From: an uncultured delta proteobacterium
GTDB taxonomy: Bacteria; Myxococcota_A; Polyangia; Fen-1088
DNA: 64,000 bases
Direction of reading: 5' to 3'
Assembly (NCBI GenBank): GCA_963767925.1
Contig: CAVYGB010000002.1
Location: forward strand, 1,664,001 to 1,728,000
Numbering within the stretch: the first letter of the stretch is position 1; each line of letters opens with the position of its first letter. Position numbers and translations under genes: made by a program. The notes below the pieces were generated by a model that searched no databases, was not told the DNA's origin, and worked only from the letters and a program-made list of their open reading frames with translations. Positions 1-9,358 of the stretch are shown here, in pieces.

Positions 1-2536
1 GATCCGGGGCGCGCTCTACCCGGGGCTGGCCGGGGGCGGCGGCGGGTTCCTCTCGGACCTGGCCCCCGCGCCGATGGAGGACGGCGCCCTTGTCGAGCCG
101 CAGGCGGAGGGCGCGCTGTCGGACGGCGCGGACCGGGCGGAGATGGCCGAGGCGGTGGAGCGGAGCGCGCTCGAGCTGCGCGCGCTGTCGGGCAGCCTGC
201 GCGAGGAGGCCGGGGCGGAGGCCGGCGCCATGGAACAGAAGCTGGCCCGGGCGCCCTCCCGGGTCGGCAACAGCGGCATCGGTGGGCTGCGCGGGGCCGG
301 TCGGGCCGCGCCCGGCGCGCCACCCGTGGCGGCGGCGGCGCCGACGAGCACCCGCAGCCTGGGGGCCTACGATCCCGACGCCCAGGTGCAGACCGGCCCG
401 GGCGTGCCCCGCTGGCGCTGGACCCAGGTCCGCCTCACCTGGAACGGGCCGGTCGAGCAGAGCGCCCAGCTCACCCTCTGGCTCGAGCCGCCCTGGGTGG
501 CCGGCCTGCTCGCCTTCGCCGCCGTCGGGCTGGTGGGCCTGCTGGCGCTGCTGCTCTTCCGGAGCGCGCTGGCCAACCTCGGGGCCAGCTTCGGCCGCTG
601 GCTGCCCGGCGTGCCGGTGCTGCTGCTGGCGGCGCTGCTGCCGGCCGGGGCCAGGGCGGCGGAGTTTCCCCCCAAGGAGCTGCTCGATCAGCTCCGCGAC
701 GGCCTGCTCGAGCCGCCGGCCTGCCAGCCCACTTGCGCCTCGGTCGGTCGGCTGGCCCTGGAGGTCAGCCCGCAGCAGCTCCGCCTGCGCCTGGAGGCGA
801 GCGCCGCCGTGGCCGCGCCCCTGGCCTTGCCCGGCCTGGCCGAGCACTGGTTGCCGGCGGTGGTCCTCCTCGACGGCAAGCCCAGCACCGCGCTGCTGCG
901 CCAGGGGGGCCGACTGTGGCTGCGCCTGCCGCCCGGCAGCCACCAGGTGGTGCTGCAGGGGCCGCTCGACGGCCGCCAGAGCGTGCAGATCCCGCTGGGC
1001 CCCGCCCGCCCCCACGCCGTCGCCGCCACCCTCGACGGCTGGCTGCTGGCGGGCGTCTCCGAGGACGGGGCGGTCGGCGAGTCGCTCGAGCTGACCCGGG
1101 CCGAGTCGGCCAGCGCGCGCGCCGCCGGGGCGCCCGAGTCCTTCCAGGCCCAGAGCCTGCCCCCCTTCGTCACCGTCGAGCGGACCCTGCAGCTCGGCCT
1201 CGACTGGGAGGTGGAGACGCGGGTCGTGCGCGCCACGCCGCCCGGCGCGGCGGTGGTCATCGAGGTGCCGCTGCTGCCCGGCGAGTCGGTGGTCAGCGAG
1301 GGCGTGCGCGTGCGGGAGGGGCGGGTCCAGGTGAACATGGGCCCCGAGGAGGGGGAGACGACCTGGCGGTCGATCCTCGCCCAGAAGTCCCCCATCGCCC
1401 TGGCCGCGCCGGCCACCGCCGCCTGGGCCGAGTCGTGGCGCCTGGACCTGGGCCCGATCTGGCACGCCGAGGTCAGCGGCATCCCGCCGGTGCACGCGGG
1501 CGACGCCGCGGGCGAGCGGCGGCGCATGTGGCGCCCCTGGCCCGGCGAGACCGTCGCCATCGTCGTCACCCGCCCGCCCGGCCTGGCCGGGCGCACCTTC
1601 ACCATCGACCGCAGCGAGCTGCAGCTCCGCCCGGGCGGCCGCTCGACCGAGGGGACCCTCACCCTCGAGCTGCGCTCGAGCCGCGGCGGCGAGCACGCCT
1701 TGACCTTGCCCGAGGGGGCCAGCCTGGAGTCGCTGCAGGTCGACGGGCGCGAGCAACCGCTGCGCCTCGACGGCCGCCGCGTGACCCTCCCGCTGGCGCC
1801 CGGCGCCCGGACCTTCCGCCTCGGCTTCCGCAGCCCGGCCGCCCTGGGCTTCTTCTACCGGACCCCCACCGTCGATCTCGGCGTCCCGTCGGTCAATGCC
1901 GACCTGCGGGTGTCCCTGGCCGCCGACCGCTGGGTGCTGCTGCTGGGGGGCCCCCGGCTGGGCCCGGCCGTGCTGGTCTGGAGCGTGCTCATCGTGATCG
2001 TCGCCGCCGGCCTGCTGCTGGGGCGCACCACGCTGACCCCGCTGCGCGCGCGCCACTTCATCCTGCTCGGCCTCGGCTTCGTGCCCCTGTCGGTGACCGC
2101 GGCGGCGCTGGTTGTCGGCTACCTGCTCGCCCTCGGTTGGCGCCGCGACCGGCTGCGCATCCGCCAGGCCTGGCTGCACGACCTGACGCTGATCGTGCTC
2201 GCCCTGTGGACGCTGGTGGCGATGGGCGTGCTGTTCGTGGCCGTCCAGCGGGGCCTCCTCGCCAGCCCCGACATGGCCATCACCGGCAACGGCTCATACG
2301 CCACCGAGCTGCGCTGGTACAGCGACCGGGTCCCCGGCGCGCTGCCGGTCGGTTGGGTGCTGTCGCTGCCGCTCATGGTCTACCACCTGGCCATGCTGGC
2401 CTGGGCCCTCTGGCTGGCGGCGGCCCTCATCCGCTGGTCGCGCTGGGTCTGGTCCTGCTTCGCCGAGGGGGGGCTCTGGCGCCCGCTGCGCCGGCCCCCG
2501 CCTCCCGCCGCCCCGGGACCCGCCTCGCCGCCGTGA
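1..2536 (+). CDS. Large multi-pass membrane protein of unknown function, 5'-partial (frame open from the window edge)
   Basis: Frame is open from base 2 (IRGALYPGL...). Has hydrophobic TM segments, a DPDAQVQTGPGVPRWRW motif, beta-rich soluble regions and a Trp-rich C-terminal TM bundle; GC3-biased codons. Confidence 0.8.
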   Translation, partial: IRGALYPGLAGGGGGFLSDLAPAPMEDGALVEPQAEGALSDGADRAEMAEAVERSALELRALSGSLREEAGAEAGAMEQKLARAPSRVGNSGIGGLRGAGRAAPGAPPVAAAAPTSTRSLGAYDPDAQVQTGPGVPRWRWTQVRLTWNGPVEQSAQLTLWLEPPWVAGLLAFAAVGLVGLLALLLFRSALANLGASFGRWLPGVPVLLLAALLPAGARAAEFPPKELLDQLRDGLLEPPACQPTCASVGRLALEVSPQQLRLRLEASAAVAAPLALPGLAEHWLPAVVLLDGKPSTALLRQGGRLWLRLPPGSHQVVLQGPLDGRQSVQIPLGPARPHAVAATLDGWLLAGVSEDGAVGESLELTRAESASARAAGAPESFQAQSLPPFVTVERTLQLGLDWEVETRVVRATPPGAAVVIEVPLLPGESVVSEGVRVREGRVQVNMGPEEGETTWRSILAQKSPIALAAPATAAWAESWRLDLGPIWHAEVSGIPPVHAGDAAGERRRMWRPWPGETVAIVVTRPPGLAGRTFTIDRSELQLRPGGRSTEGTLTLELRSSRGGEHALTLPEGASLESLQVDGREQPLRLDGRRVTLPLAPGARTFRLGFRSPAALGFFYRTPTVDLGVPSVNADLRVSLAADRWVLLLGGPRLGPAVLVWSVLIVIVAAGLLLGRTTLTPLRARHFILLGLGFVPLSVTAAALVVGYLLALGWRRDRLRIRQAWLHDLTLIVLALWTLVAMGVLFVAVQRGLLASPDMAITGNGSYATELRWYSDRVPGALPVGWVLSLPLMVYHLAMLAWALWLAAALIRWSRWVWSCFAEGGLWRPLRRPPPPAAPGPASPP

Positions 2537-2551
2537 CCCGCCGGGGAGCGG

Positions 2552-3034
2552 TCACTTCATCGTGATGGTCAGCCGCGCGCCGTCGAACGTGGTGGGCAAC
2601 ACCCGCAACGAGGTCACCGCCGGACCATTGAGCACGGTGCCATCGAGCTCGAACGAGGAGCCATGGCAGGGACAGTCGAGCGTCGCATTGAGCGCATTGA
2701 ACCGGAGCACACAGGCCATGTGGGTGCACATGCCCACCATGGCCACGAAGTTCGATCGCGCATCCCGGGTGATGGCCACCGGCTCCGCCACCCCCGGCAC
2801 CCGCCCCACCAGCCCTCCCCACTCCCCGAGGAGCTGCGGGAAGTCGGCTACCGCCAGCAGCAACATCCGGTCCTGCTCCAGCGAGGGGAGCTGGACGAGG
2901 GGTCCTGCCGGGTCGCCCAGGTTCGCCGGGGTGCAGGCCGCCAGCGCCGCGCCGGCGCACACCGACCCGGACGAGACGCAGAGCAGCCGGAGCGCACTCC
3001 GTCGCGAGCGCCCCGTTCCCCCAACTCCCGACAT
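2552..3034 (-). CDS. Rieske [2Fe-2S] protein, probable Tat-exported lipoprotein
   Basis: CTHMAC and CPCHGS boxes, GPA motif; SRRSAL twin-arginine-like motif and ALAAC lipobox; GAGGAGG SD before ATG 3034. Confidence 0.9.
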   Translation of the reverse strand: MSGVGGTGRSRRSALRLLCVSSGSVCAGAALAACTPANLGDPAGPLVQLPSLEQDRMLLLAVADFPQLLGEWGGLVGRVPGVAEPVAITRDARSNFVAMVGMCTHMACVLRFNALNATLDCPCHGSSFELDGTVLNGPAVTSLRVLPTTFDGARLTITMK

Positions 3035-3077
3035 GCAAACCTCCTCGCCCGGCTCTCTTTCATCGGAAGACAAGGCC

Positions 3078-3091
3078 AACGCTTAAGCGTT
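3078..3091. promoter_or_regulatory. Perfect 14-bp palindrome AACGCTTAAGCGTT, possible operator upstream of the Rieske gene
   Basis: AT-richer perfect dyad about 45 bp upstream of the start codon. Confidence 0.35.
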
Positions 3092-3259
3092 TCCCTCGAC
3101 CCCCCCCGACAGCGCTGCCCCCTGGTTCAGCGCTTGGGGTTCAGAGAGTCAGCACGTCTTGCTGAGCAGTCGACGGCGCGCCTGCAGGGAACTGGCCTGG
3201 GTCAGGCCTGCTCGCCCATCGCCTCGGGGACGGGGACGCATACGGGGACGGGGACGGCG

Positions 3260-4399
3260 CTAGCCGGGGACTTCTTCGATCATCACGACGTGGTCGGGGC
3301 CTACTACCTCTTCGTCGGAGGAGTAGGGGGTGCCGTCGGGAGAGACGGGGACGGGTTGGGTCTTGCTGCGGTTGTGAGAGGTCGCGTCGGCGCGGCGGGT
3401 GGGGGTGGGGGCGGGGGTGACGACGGCGGCGAGAGCGGCGGCGGCGGCGTTCTTGCCGGTCTTGGGGACGGTGCCGGTCCGGGCGGGCGGGGGCAGGGTG
3501 CTGGCGGGGGTAGGGGTGGTGGCGCGCATGACGTTGGCGAGGTCGGGGCGGGTCTGCTCCTCGCGGGTGGTGGGGGCGCCGAGGCCGAGGACTTCGGCGG
3601 CGCGGACCAGCACCTTGCGCAGGGTGGGCAGGGCGATGTTCTCGGCGAGGTCGTCGGTGAGGTCGCGGGTGCTGTCGGCGGGGCGGGCGGCGAACAGGTC
3701 GCTGTCCTTGAAGGGTTTGCCTTCGCGGGCGGCCTTGCGGGCGGCGGCGCGCAGGGCGGTGCGCACGGCGATCGGCAGGTCGCGCTCGAGGGTCTCGTCG
3801 CCGATGATGTCGAGCAGCTCGCTGTCGGTCAGGATGGCGTGGCGGCGCAGGCTCTTCAGCTCGGCGGCCATGAGGGTGCGGCCCGGGGCGGTGGCGTCGC
3901 GCGTCCACCAGGCGTCGTACGATTCGTACTCCCAGATGGTGGCGACGGGCAGGTAGACGGCGAGGTCGGTGGGGTCGAGGTACTTCAGGTACAGGTCGAG
4001 CACCGGGAGGCTGCGATCCTCCTCGGCGCGCAGGGCGCGTTCGGAGGCGGGCAGGTCCTCGGCGACGAGCAGCTCGATCTGGGCGGCCAGGTCGGCGGGG
4101 GTCAAGCGGCGCAGCAGGGTGGGGGCGCCGCCGGTGATGGCCCGGCCCACGCGGGCGCGCAGCTCCGCCCGCTCGGCGTAGGCCTGTAGCACCTGGCGGG
4201 GCGGGAAGGCGGTGTAGAAGTTGCGCGGCGCTCGCAGCGGCTGCGGGCCGGCGTGCAGCGCGGCCAGAACGTCCGCCAGGAAGCGCAGGCCCGGCTGGGC
4301 GGCGACGTAGGTGCGCATCTCCTTCACGAGATCCGCCTCGGAGCGCGCCTCGGCCGAGTGCTTGAGCGCGCCCGGGACCCGCAGACCGTTCTTGTCCAT
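3260..4399 (-). CDS. Hypothetical protein (helical N-domain, Pro/Thr-rich tail)
   Basis: 379-aa ORF with native codon bias; no motif recognised. Confidence 0.8.
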   Translation of the reverse strand: MDKNGLRVPGALKHSAEARSEADLVKEMRTYVAAQPGLRFLADVLAALHAGPQPLRAPRNFYTAFPPRQVLQAYAERAELRARVGRAITGGAPTLLRRLTPADLAAQIELLVAEDLPASERALRAEEDRSLPVLDLYLKYLDPTDLAVYLPVATIWEYESYDAWWTRDATAPGRTLMAAELKSLRRHAILTDSELLDIIGDETLERDLPIAVRTALRAAARKAAREGKPFKDSDLFAARPADSTRDLTDDLAENIALPTLRKVLVRAAEVLGLGAPTTREEQTRPDLANVMRATTPTPASTLPPPARTGTVPKTGKNAAAAALAAVVTPAPTPTRRADATSHNRSKTQPVPVSPDGTPYSSDEEVVGPDHVVMIEEVPG

Positions 4400-4572
4400 T
4401 TTCGAAGCAACATCGTCCGCGGCCGGGGTGACTTGAGACCACCTGCGGAGGTGAGCGCCGCCCCTGCGTTTGTGGTCCCGCCGCCCGTCGCTGCTGCTGC
4501 GAGTCGCGCGGGCGAACCCGCTTTACGGCGCGCGCCTCCTTCCCCTAATGTCGCTCCTGCCCGGAGGGGGAC

Positions 4573-5403
4573 ATGCTGCTTTACCGGACGTCACAGGGGG
4601 CCGTCGTCGCGCAGGACGGCGCCCAGCATCGGGTGCCGCAGGGCTGGGACGACCTGCTCAACCACGAGGACCTGGCGGGTCACCTGCGCTCGGTGATCGC
4701 CTCGACCCCGCCGCTGGCCCGCGCCGCCGCGCCCGCGCTCGCGCCGCTGGCCCCCATCGGATCGCAGGAGGTCTGGGCGGCCGGCGTGACCTACTGGCGC
4801 AGCCGCGACGCCCGCATGGACGAGTCGCGGCCCGCCGGGGGCGGCAGCTTCTACGACCGGGTCTACGAGGCGGAGCGGCCCGAGCTGTTCCTCAAGGCCA
4901 CGCCCCACCGGGTGGTGGGCCCCGGCGGCCGCCTGCGCCTGCGCCGCGACGCCCGCTGGATCGTCCCCGAGCCCGAGCTGGTGCTGGCGGTCAACCGCCG
5001 CGCCGAGATCGTCGGGTACACCATCGGCAACGACCTCTCCTGCCGCTGCATCGAGGGCGAAAACCCCCTCTACCTGCCGCAGGCCAAGACCTTCGACGCC
5101 TGCGCCGCCCTCGGCCCCGGCCTGCTCATCACCTCGTCCCCCCTGCCCCCCGAGACCGAGATCCGCCTGCAGATCGCCCGCGCGGGGGCCGAGGTCTTCG
5201 CCGGCGCCACGACCCTCTCGCAGATGCGGCGCACCCCCGCCGAGCTGGTGGCCTTCCTCTACCGGGAGGCGAGCTTCCCCGCCGGCTGCTTCCTCTTCAC
5301 CGGCACCGGCGTCGTCCCCCCCAACGACTTTACCCTCCGGGCCGACGACACGATCCGCATCGACCTGCCCCCCATCGGCACCCTCGAGAACACCGTCGGC
5401 TGA
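4573..5403 (+). CDS. Fumarylacetoacetate hydrolase family protein (2-keto-3-deoxy-pentonate dehydratase-like)
   Basis: [39 protein letters not shown] and TGTG motifs; GGAGG SD. Confidence 0.9.
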   Translation: MLLYRTSQGAVVAQDGAQHRVPQGWDDLLNHEDLAGHLRSVIASTPPLARAAAPALAPLAPIGSQEVWAAGVTYWRSRDARMDESRPAGGGSFYDRVYEAERPELFLKATPHRVVGPGGRLRLRRDARWIVPEPELVLAVNRRAEIVGYTIGNDLSCRCIEGENPLYLPQAKTFDACAALGPGLLITSSPLPPETEIRLQIARAGAEVFAGATTLSQMRRTPAELVAFLYREASFPAGCFLFTGTGVVPPNDFTLRADDTIRIDLPPIGTLENTVG

Positions 5404-5439
5404 TCCGCCGGGCCTCGCGCCCCCGCGCCTCCGCCCCCG

Positions 5440-6441
5440 CTACGCCATCACGGCGCCGGTGGCCTGGCGGACCTTGTCCATGAGGGCCACCGCGCGCGGG
5501 CGGGCCCGGTCGCTGCCCTCGCGGAGGATGCGGTCGACCTCCTGCGGGTTGCTCATCAGGCGCTGGTAGGTCACGCGCGGCTCCTTGAGGAAGGCGTCGA
5601 GCCGCTCGAACAGGAGGTCCTTGAGGGCGCCCCAGGTCATGGCGCCCGAGATCAGCTCGTCGCGCACGCGCGCGGCCTCCTCGGCCGGGGCGAGCTGGCG
5701 GTAGATCTGGTAGAGGGGAGACGCGTCGGCGTCCTTGGGGGCGTTGGCCGGCGCCGAGTCGGTCTTGTAGCGGCGGATCAGCTTGCGCTGCTCGTCGGGG
5801 CCGACCGAAAACAGCGGCACGGTGTTGCCGTAGGACTTGCTCATCTTGCGCCCGTCGATCCCCGGCACGGCCGGGCTATCGCTGAGGTGCAGCCCGGGCA
5901 CCTTCAGCACGTCGCCGTAGATGCGGTTGAAGGTCTGGGCCAGGTCGCGCGCGATCTCCACGTGCTGGGCCTGGTCCCGCCCCACCGGCACGAAGTCCGC
6001 CGACAGCAGCAAGATGTCGGCCGCCATCAGCACGGGATAGTTGAACAGGCCCATGTTGACGTCGTCATCGGGGTCACGCTTCTCTTCCTGGTTGCGCGCC
6101 ACCTGGGCTTTGTAGGCGTGGGCCCGGTTCAGCAGGCCCTTGGGGGCCACGTTGACCAGGGCGGCGAACAGCTCGAACGTCTCGCGCAGGTCCGACTGGC
6201 GGTAGATGGTCACCCGCTCCGGGTCGAGCCCCAGCGACAGCCAGGTGGCCGCCACCTCCAGCGTGTAGCGCCGCATCTTCTCCGGGTCGGTGATGCTGTT
6301 GAGCGCGTGGTAGTTGGCGATGAAGTAGTAGGCGTCGAATTGCCGCGCCAGCTCGAGCGCAGGGCGGATGGCGCCCAGGTAGTTCCCCAGGTGGGGGGTT
6401 CCGGTGGGCTTGATTCCGGTGAGGGCGACCTTGGCAGACAC
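5440..6441 (-). CDS. trpS: Tryptophan--tRNA ligase
   Basis: TGIKPTGTPHLGN (HIGH), YPVLMAADILL, VPVGRDQ and KMSKS motifs. Confidence 0.97.
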   Translation of the reverse strand: MSAKVALTGIKPTGTPHLGNYLGAIRPALELARQFDAYYFIANYHALNSITDPEKMRRYTLEVAATWLSLGLDPERVTIYRQSDLRETFELFAALVNVAPKGLLNRAHAYKAQVARNQEEKRDPDDDVNMGLFNYPVLMAADILLLSADFVPVGRDQAQHVEIARDLAQTFNRIYGDVLKVPGLHLSDSPAVPGIDGRKMSKSYGNTVPLFSVGPDEQRKLIRRYKTDSAPANAPKDADASPLYQIYRQLAPAEEAARVRDELISGAMTWGALKDLLFERLDAFLKEPRVTYQRLMSNPQEVDRILREGSDRARPRAVALMDKVRQATGAVMA

Positions 6442-6545
6442 GGCGTTCCTTCCTTTTTACCTGCTCGCTTGGCACCCAAGGAGTACCACGCCAGGACCCG
6501 GTTTTTCGGTGGGCAGCCCGCCCGGAACCGCCTAACCTTGCGCCG

Positions 6546-8591
6546 ATGACGCGGAAGTCGCTCGGAATCGTGCTGTTTTTCGCCTCCTGCGCCGGCCTGG
6601 GCGGCAAGGCCCCCGCGCCCGCTCCGCCCGCCGGCCCACCCCCCGCCTCCGGCCTTGATCGCGCCGGCTTCGACGCGCAGGTCCGTCCCCAGGACGACCT
6701 CTACCGGCACGTCAACGGGCGCTGGCTGGCCGGCACCCCCATCCCCCCGGACAAGTCGAACTACTCGATGTTCGCCAAGCTGGACGACGACGCCCGCGCG
6801 CACATCCGCACCCTGGTCGAGGAGCTCGCCGCCGGGCAACACCCCGCCGGCAGCGCCCGCCAGAAGATCGCCGACTTTTACCGGGCCTTCGTCGACGAGG
6901 CCGCCGCCGACCGCCTCGGGCTGCAGCCGCTGCAGGCCGACCTGACCCGCATCCGCAAGCTCGCCAGCAAGCGCGACGTGGCCCGCGAGATCGGCCGCCA
7001 GCAGCGCCTGCGCCTGCGCCCCCTGCTGGCCGCCGGCGTCGACCAGGACGCCCGCGAGGCCACCGCTTACATCCTCTACCTGCAGCAGGCCGGGCTGGGC
7101 CTGCCCGACCGGGACTATTACCTCACCGACGATCCCAGGATGGAGGCCAACCGCGCCGCCTACCGGACCTACGTCGAGAAGATGTTGACCCTGGCCGGCC
7201 ACAAGAACGCCCGCCCCCTGGCCGACGGGATCTGGGCCCTCGAGCTCGAGCTGGCCCGCGCCCACTGGACCCGGGCCGAGACCCGCGACCGGGAGAAGAC
7301 CTACAACAAGGTGGCGGCCGCCGAGCTGCCCCGCCTGGCCCCTGGCCTCGACTGGGTGGCCCTGTTCGAGGGCCTGGGCACCCCCGCCACCCGCCCGGTC
7401 ATCGTCGAGCAGCCCTCCTTCGTGAAGGCCCTCTCGACCCTGGTCGACAAGACGCCGCTGCCCACCTTCCGGGCCTACCTGGAATGGCGCCTGCTCGACG
7501 GCTACGCCCCCCTGCTGTCGGCCCCCTTCGTGACCGCCCATTTTGCCTTCCACGGCACCACCCTGAGCGGCATCGAGAGCAACGAGGACCGCTGGAAGCG
7601 GGCCCTCGACGCCCTCGACGAGACGCTCGGCGAGGCGGTCGGCAGCCTGTACGTCGAGCGGCACTTTCGCCCGGAGGCCAAGGCCCGCATGCAGGTGCTG
7701 GTCGAGAACCTGCGCCAGGCCTTCGCCGGCGGCATCGACGGCCTGCCCTGGATGTCGGAGACCACCAAGCGCGAGGCCCGGGCCAAGCTCACCAAGTTCG
7801 TCACCAAGATCGGCTACCCCGACCAGTGGCGCGACTACACAAAGCTGACCATCGCCCCCGGGGATCTGCTGGGCAACATCGTGCGGGCCCGTAGCTTCGA
7901 GACCGAGCGCAACCTGGCCAAGCTCGGCCGCCCCGTCGATCGCGGCGAGTGGTTCATGACCCCCCAGACGGTCAACGCCTACTACAACCCCTCGCTCAAC
8001 GAGATCGTGTTCCCCGCCGCCATTTTACAGCCCCCCTTCTTCGACATGGCCGCCGACGACGCGGTCAACTACGGGGCCATCGGGGCGGTCATCGGCCACG
8101 AGCTGAGCCACGGCTTCGACGACCAGGGGCGCAAGTCGGACGGCGATGGCAACCTGCGCGACTGGTGGAGCGAGGCCGACGCCACCCAGTTCAAGGACCG
8201 GGCCTCTCGTCTGGTCTCGCAATACCGGGAGTTCGAGCCGCTGCCCGGCCAGAAGGTCAACGGCGAGCTCACCCTGGGCGAGAACATCGGCGACCTGGGC
8301 GGCCTCACCATCGCCTACCGAGCCTACCAGCTCGCGCTGGCCGGACGGCAGGCCCCCGCGATCGAGGGCACCACCGGCCCACAGCGCTTCTTCATGGGCT
8401 GGGCCCAGGTCTGGCGGCGCAAGTACCGGGAGGCCGAGATGCGCCGCCGCCTCGTCACCGACCCCCACGCCCCCGCCGAATACCGCGTCCTCGGCGTGGT
8501 GGCCAACATGCCCGAATATTACGAGGCCTTCGCGGTCAAGCCGGGCGACAAGGCCTTCCGCCCCGAAGACCAGCGGGTCAAGATCTGGTAG
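6546..8591 (+). CDS. M13 family zinc metalloendopeptidase (neprilysin/PepO-like), lipoprotein
   Basis: VNAYY, HELSHGFD, GENIGDLGG and DPHAP motifs; N-terminal FASC lipobox. Confidence 0.95.
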   Translation: MTRKSLGIVLFFASCAGLGGKAPAPAPPAGPPPASGLDRAGFDAQVRPQDDLYRHVNGRWLAGTPIPPDKSNYSMFAKLDDDARAHIRTLVEELAAGQHPAGSARQKIADFYRAFVDEAAADRLGLQPLQADLTRIRKLASKRDVAREIGRQQRLRLRPLLAAGVDQDAREATAYILYLQQAGLGLPDRDYYLTDDPRMEANRAAYRTYVEKMLTLAGHKNARPLADGIWALELELARAHWTRAETRDREKTYNKVAAAELPRLAPGLDWVALFEGLGTPATRPVIVEQPSFVKALSTLVDKTPLPTFRAYLEWRLLDGYAPLLSAPFVTAHFAFHGTTLSGIESNEDRWKRALDALDETLGEAVGSLYVERHFRPEAKARMQVLVENLRQAFAGGIDGLPWMSETTKREARAKLTKFVTKIGYPDQWRDYTKLTIAPGDLLGNIVRARSFETERNLAKLGRPVDRGEWFMTPQTVNAYYNPSLNEIVFPAAILQPPFFDMAADDAVNYGAIGAVIGHELSHGFDDQGRKSDGDGNLRDWWSEADATQFKDRASRLVSQYREFEPLPGQKVNGELTLGENIGDLGGLTIAYRAYQLALAGRQAPAIEGTTGPQRFFMGWAQVWRRKYREAEMRRRLVTDPHAPAEYRVLGVVANMPEYYEAFAVKPGDKAFRPEDQRVKIW

Positions 8592-8613
8592 CCGCCCCTA
8601 CCTTCGACAAGAA

Positions 8614-8641
8614 GACCCGCCGGCTTGAGCGCCGGCGGGTC
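8614..8641 (-). terminator. Hairpin between convergent M13 and DinB genes; probable intrinsic terminator
   Basis: GACCCGCCGGC-6nt-GCCGGCGGGTC stem, followed by TTCTTGT on the minus strand. Confidence 0.6.
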
Positions 8642-8670
8642 CCGCTCGGCCGTCGGTCCGGCCGGAACGG

Positions 8671-9288
8671 CTACTTGGCCTTGGCCGCCGCCTCTCGCTC
8701 CTTCTCCATCTCCTTGAAGCGGGCGTTCATGCGCGCCGTCCAGGGCGGGGCGATCTTGCTCATGCGGGCGTAGGCGATCGACTGCCCCAGGTGCTCCTGG
8801 GCGTGCGACAGCAGCAGGACGTACACCCCGCGGAAGGTGCTCTTGATGCCGAAGAACTCCGTCGGCTTGTTCAGGTCGGCGTCGCTGGCCGCGGCGAGGG
8901 CCCCCTTCATGTGGGCGAAGGAGTCCTTGAGCGCCTTCTCGATGTCCGCCTTCTTGGTGAGCGACTTCTCGTGGGTCTTGAAGTCGAACCCTTCCGGCGG
9001 CTTGACCCCGGCGAAGTTCGGCAAGCCGTAGTTCGCCGTCACGACGTGCATGAACACGTCGCCGGTCGAGCGGACGTCCTTGCCCGGGCGCCAGGCGAAC
9101 CTGGCCTGGGGGGTGGCGGCCGCCAGCTCGACGAGCTTGTTCTCGGCGTCGGTGATCCACATCAGCAGCTCGCCCTTGATGCCCGGGGGCAGGTCGGTGG
9201 GCGGCTGGGCGCTGGCCGGGCCGGCGCTGAAGATCGAGAGGGCGGCGGCGAGGAAGCCGGCGGCCCGGAGACAGATTGCGGTCGACAT
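8671..9288 (-). CDS. Secreted DinB family protein
   Basis: Signal peptide (ASA-Q), WRPGKDVRS...H and HAQEHLGQ...YAR...PPW His-triad pattern. Confidence 0.85.
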   Translation of the reverse strand: MSTAICLRAAGFLAAALSIFSAGPASAQPPTDLPPGIKGELLMWITDAENKLVELAAATPQARFAWRPGKDVRSTGDVFMHVVTANYGLPNFAGVKPPEGFDFKTHEKSLTKKADIEKALKDSFAHMKGALAAASDADLNKPTEFFGIKSTFRGVYVLLLSHAQEHLGQSIAYARMSKIAPPWTARMNARFKEMEKEREAAAKAK

Positions 9289-9312
9289 GGGAGAGACTCC
9301 TTCTGACGTGAG

Positions 9313-9339
9313 AGACAGTTGAAAAAGTGCCGGGTTTGC
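9313..9339 (-). promoter_or_regulatory. Possible ECF sigma promoter (GCAAAC-N16-TGTCT) for the DinB gene
   Basis: Resembles the AAC-N16-(C)GTC ECF architecture, just upstream of the AAGGAG SD. Confidence 0.3.
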
Positions 9340-9358
9340 GAAGGTACGCTCGGGCCGG

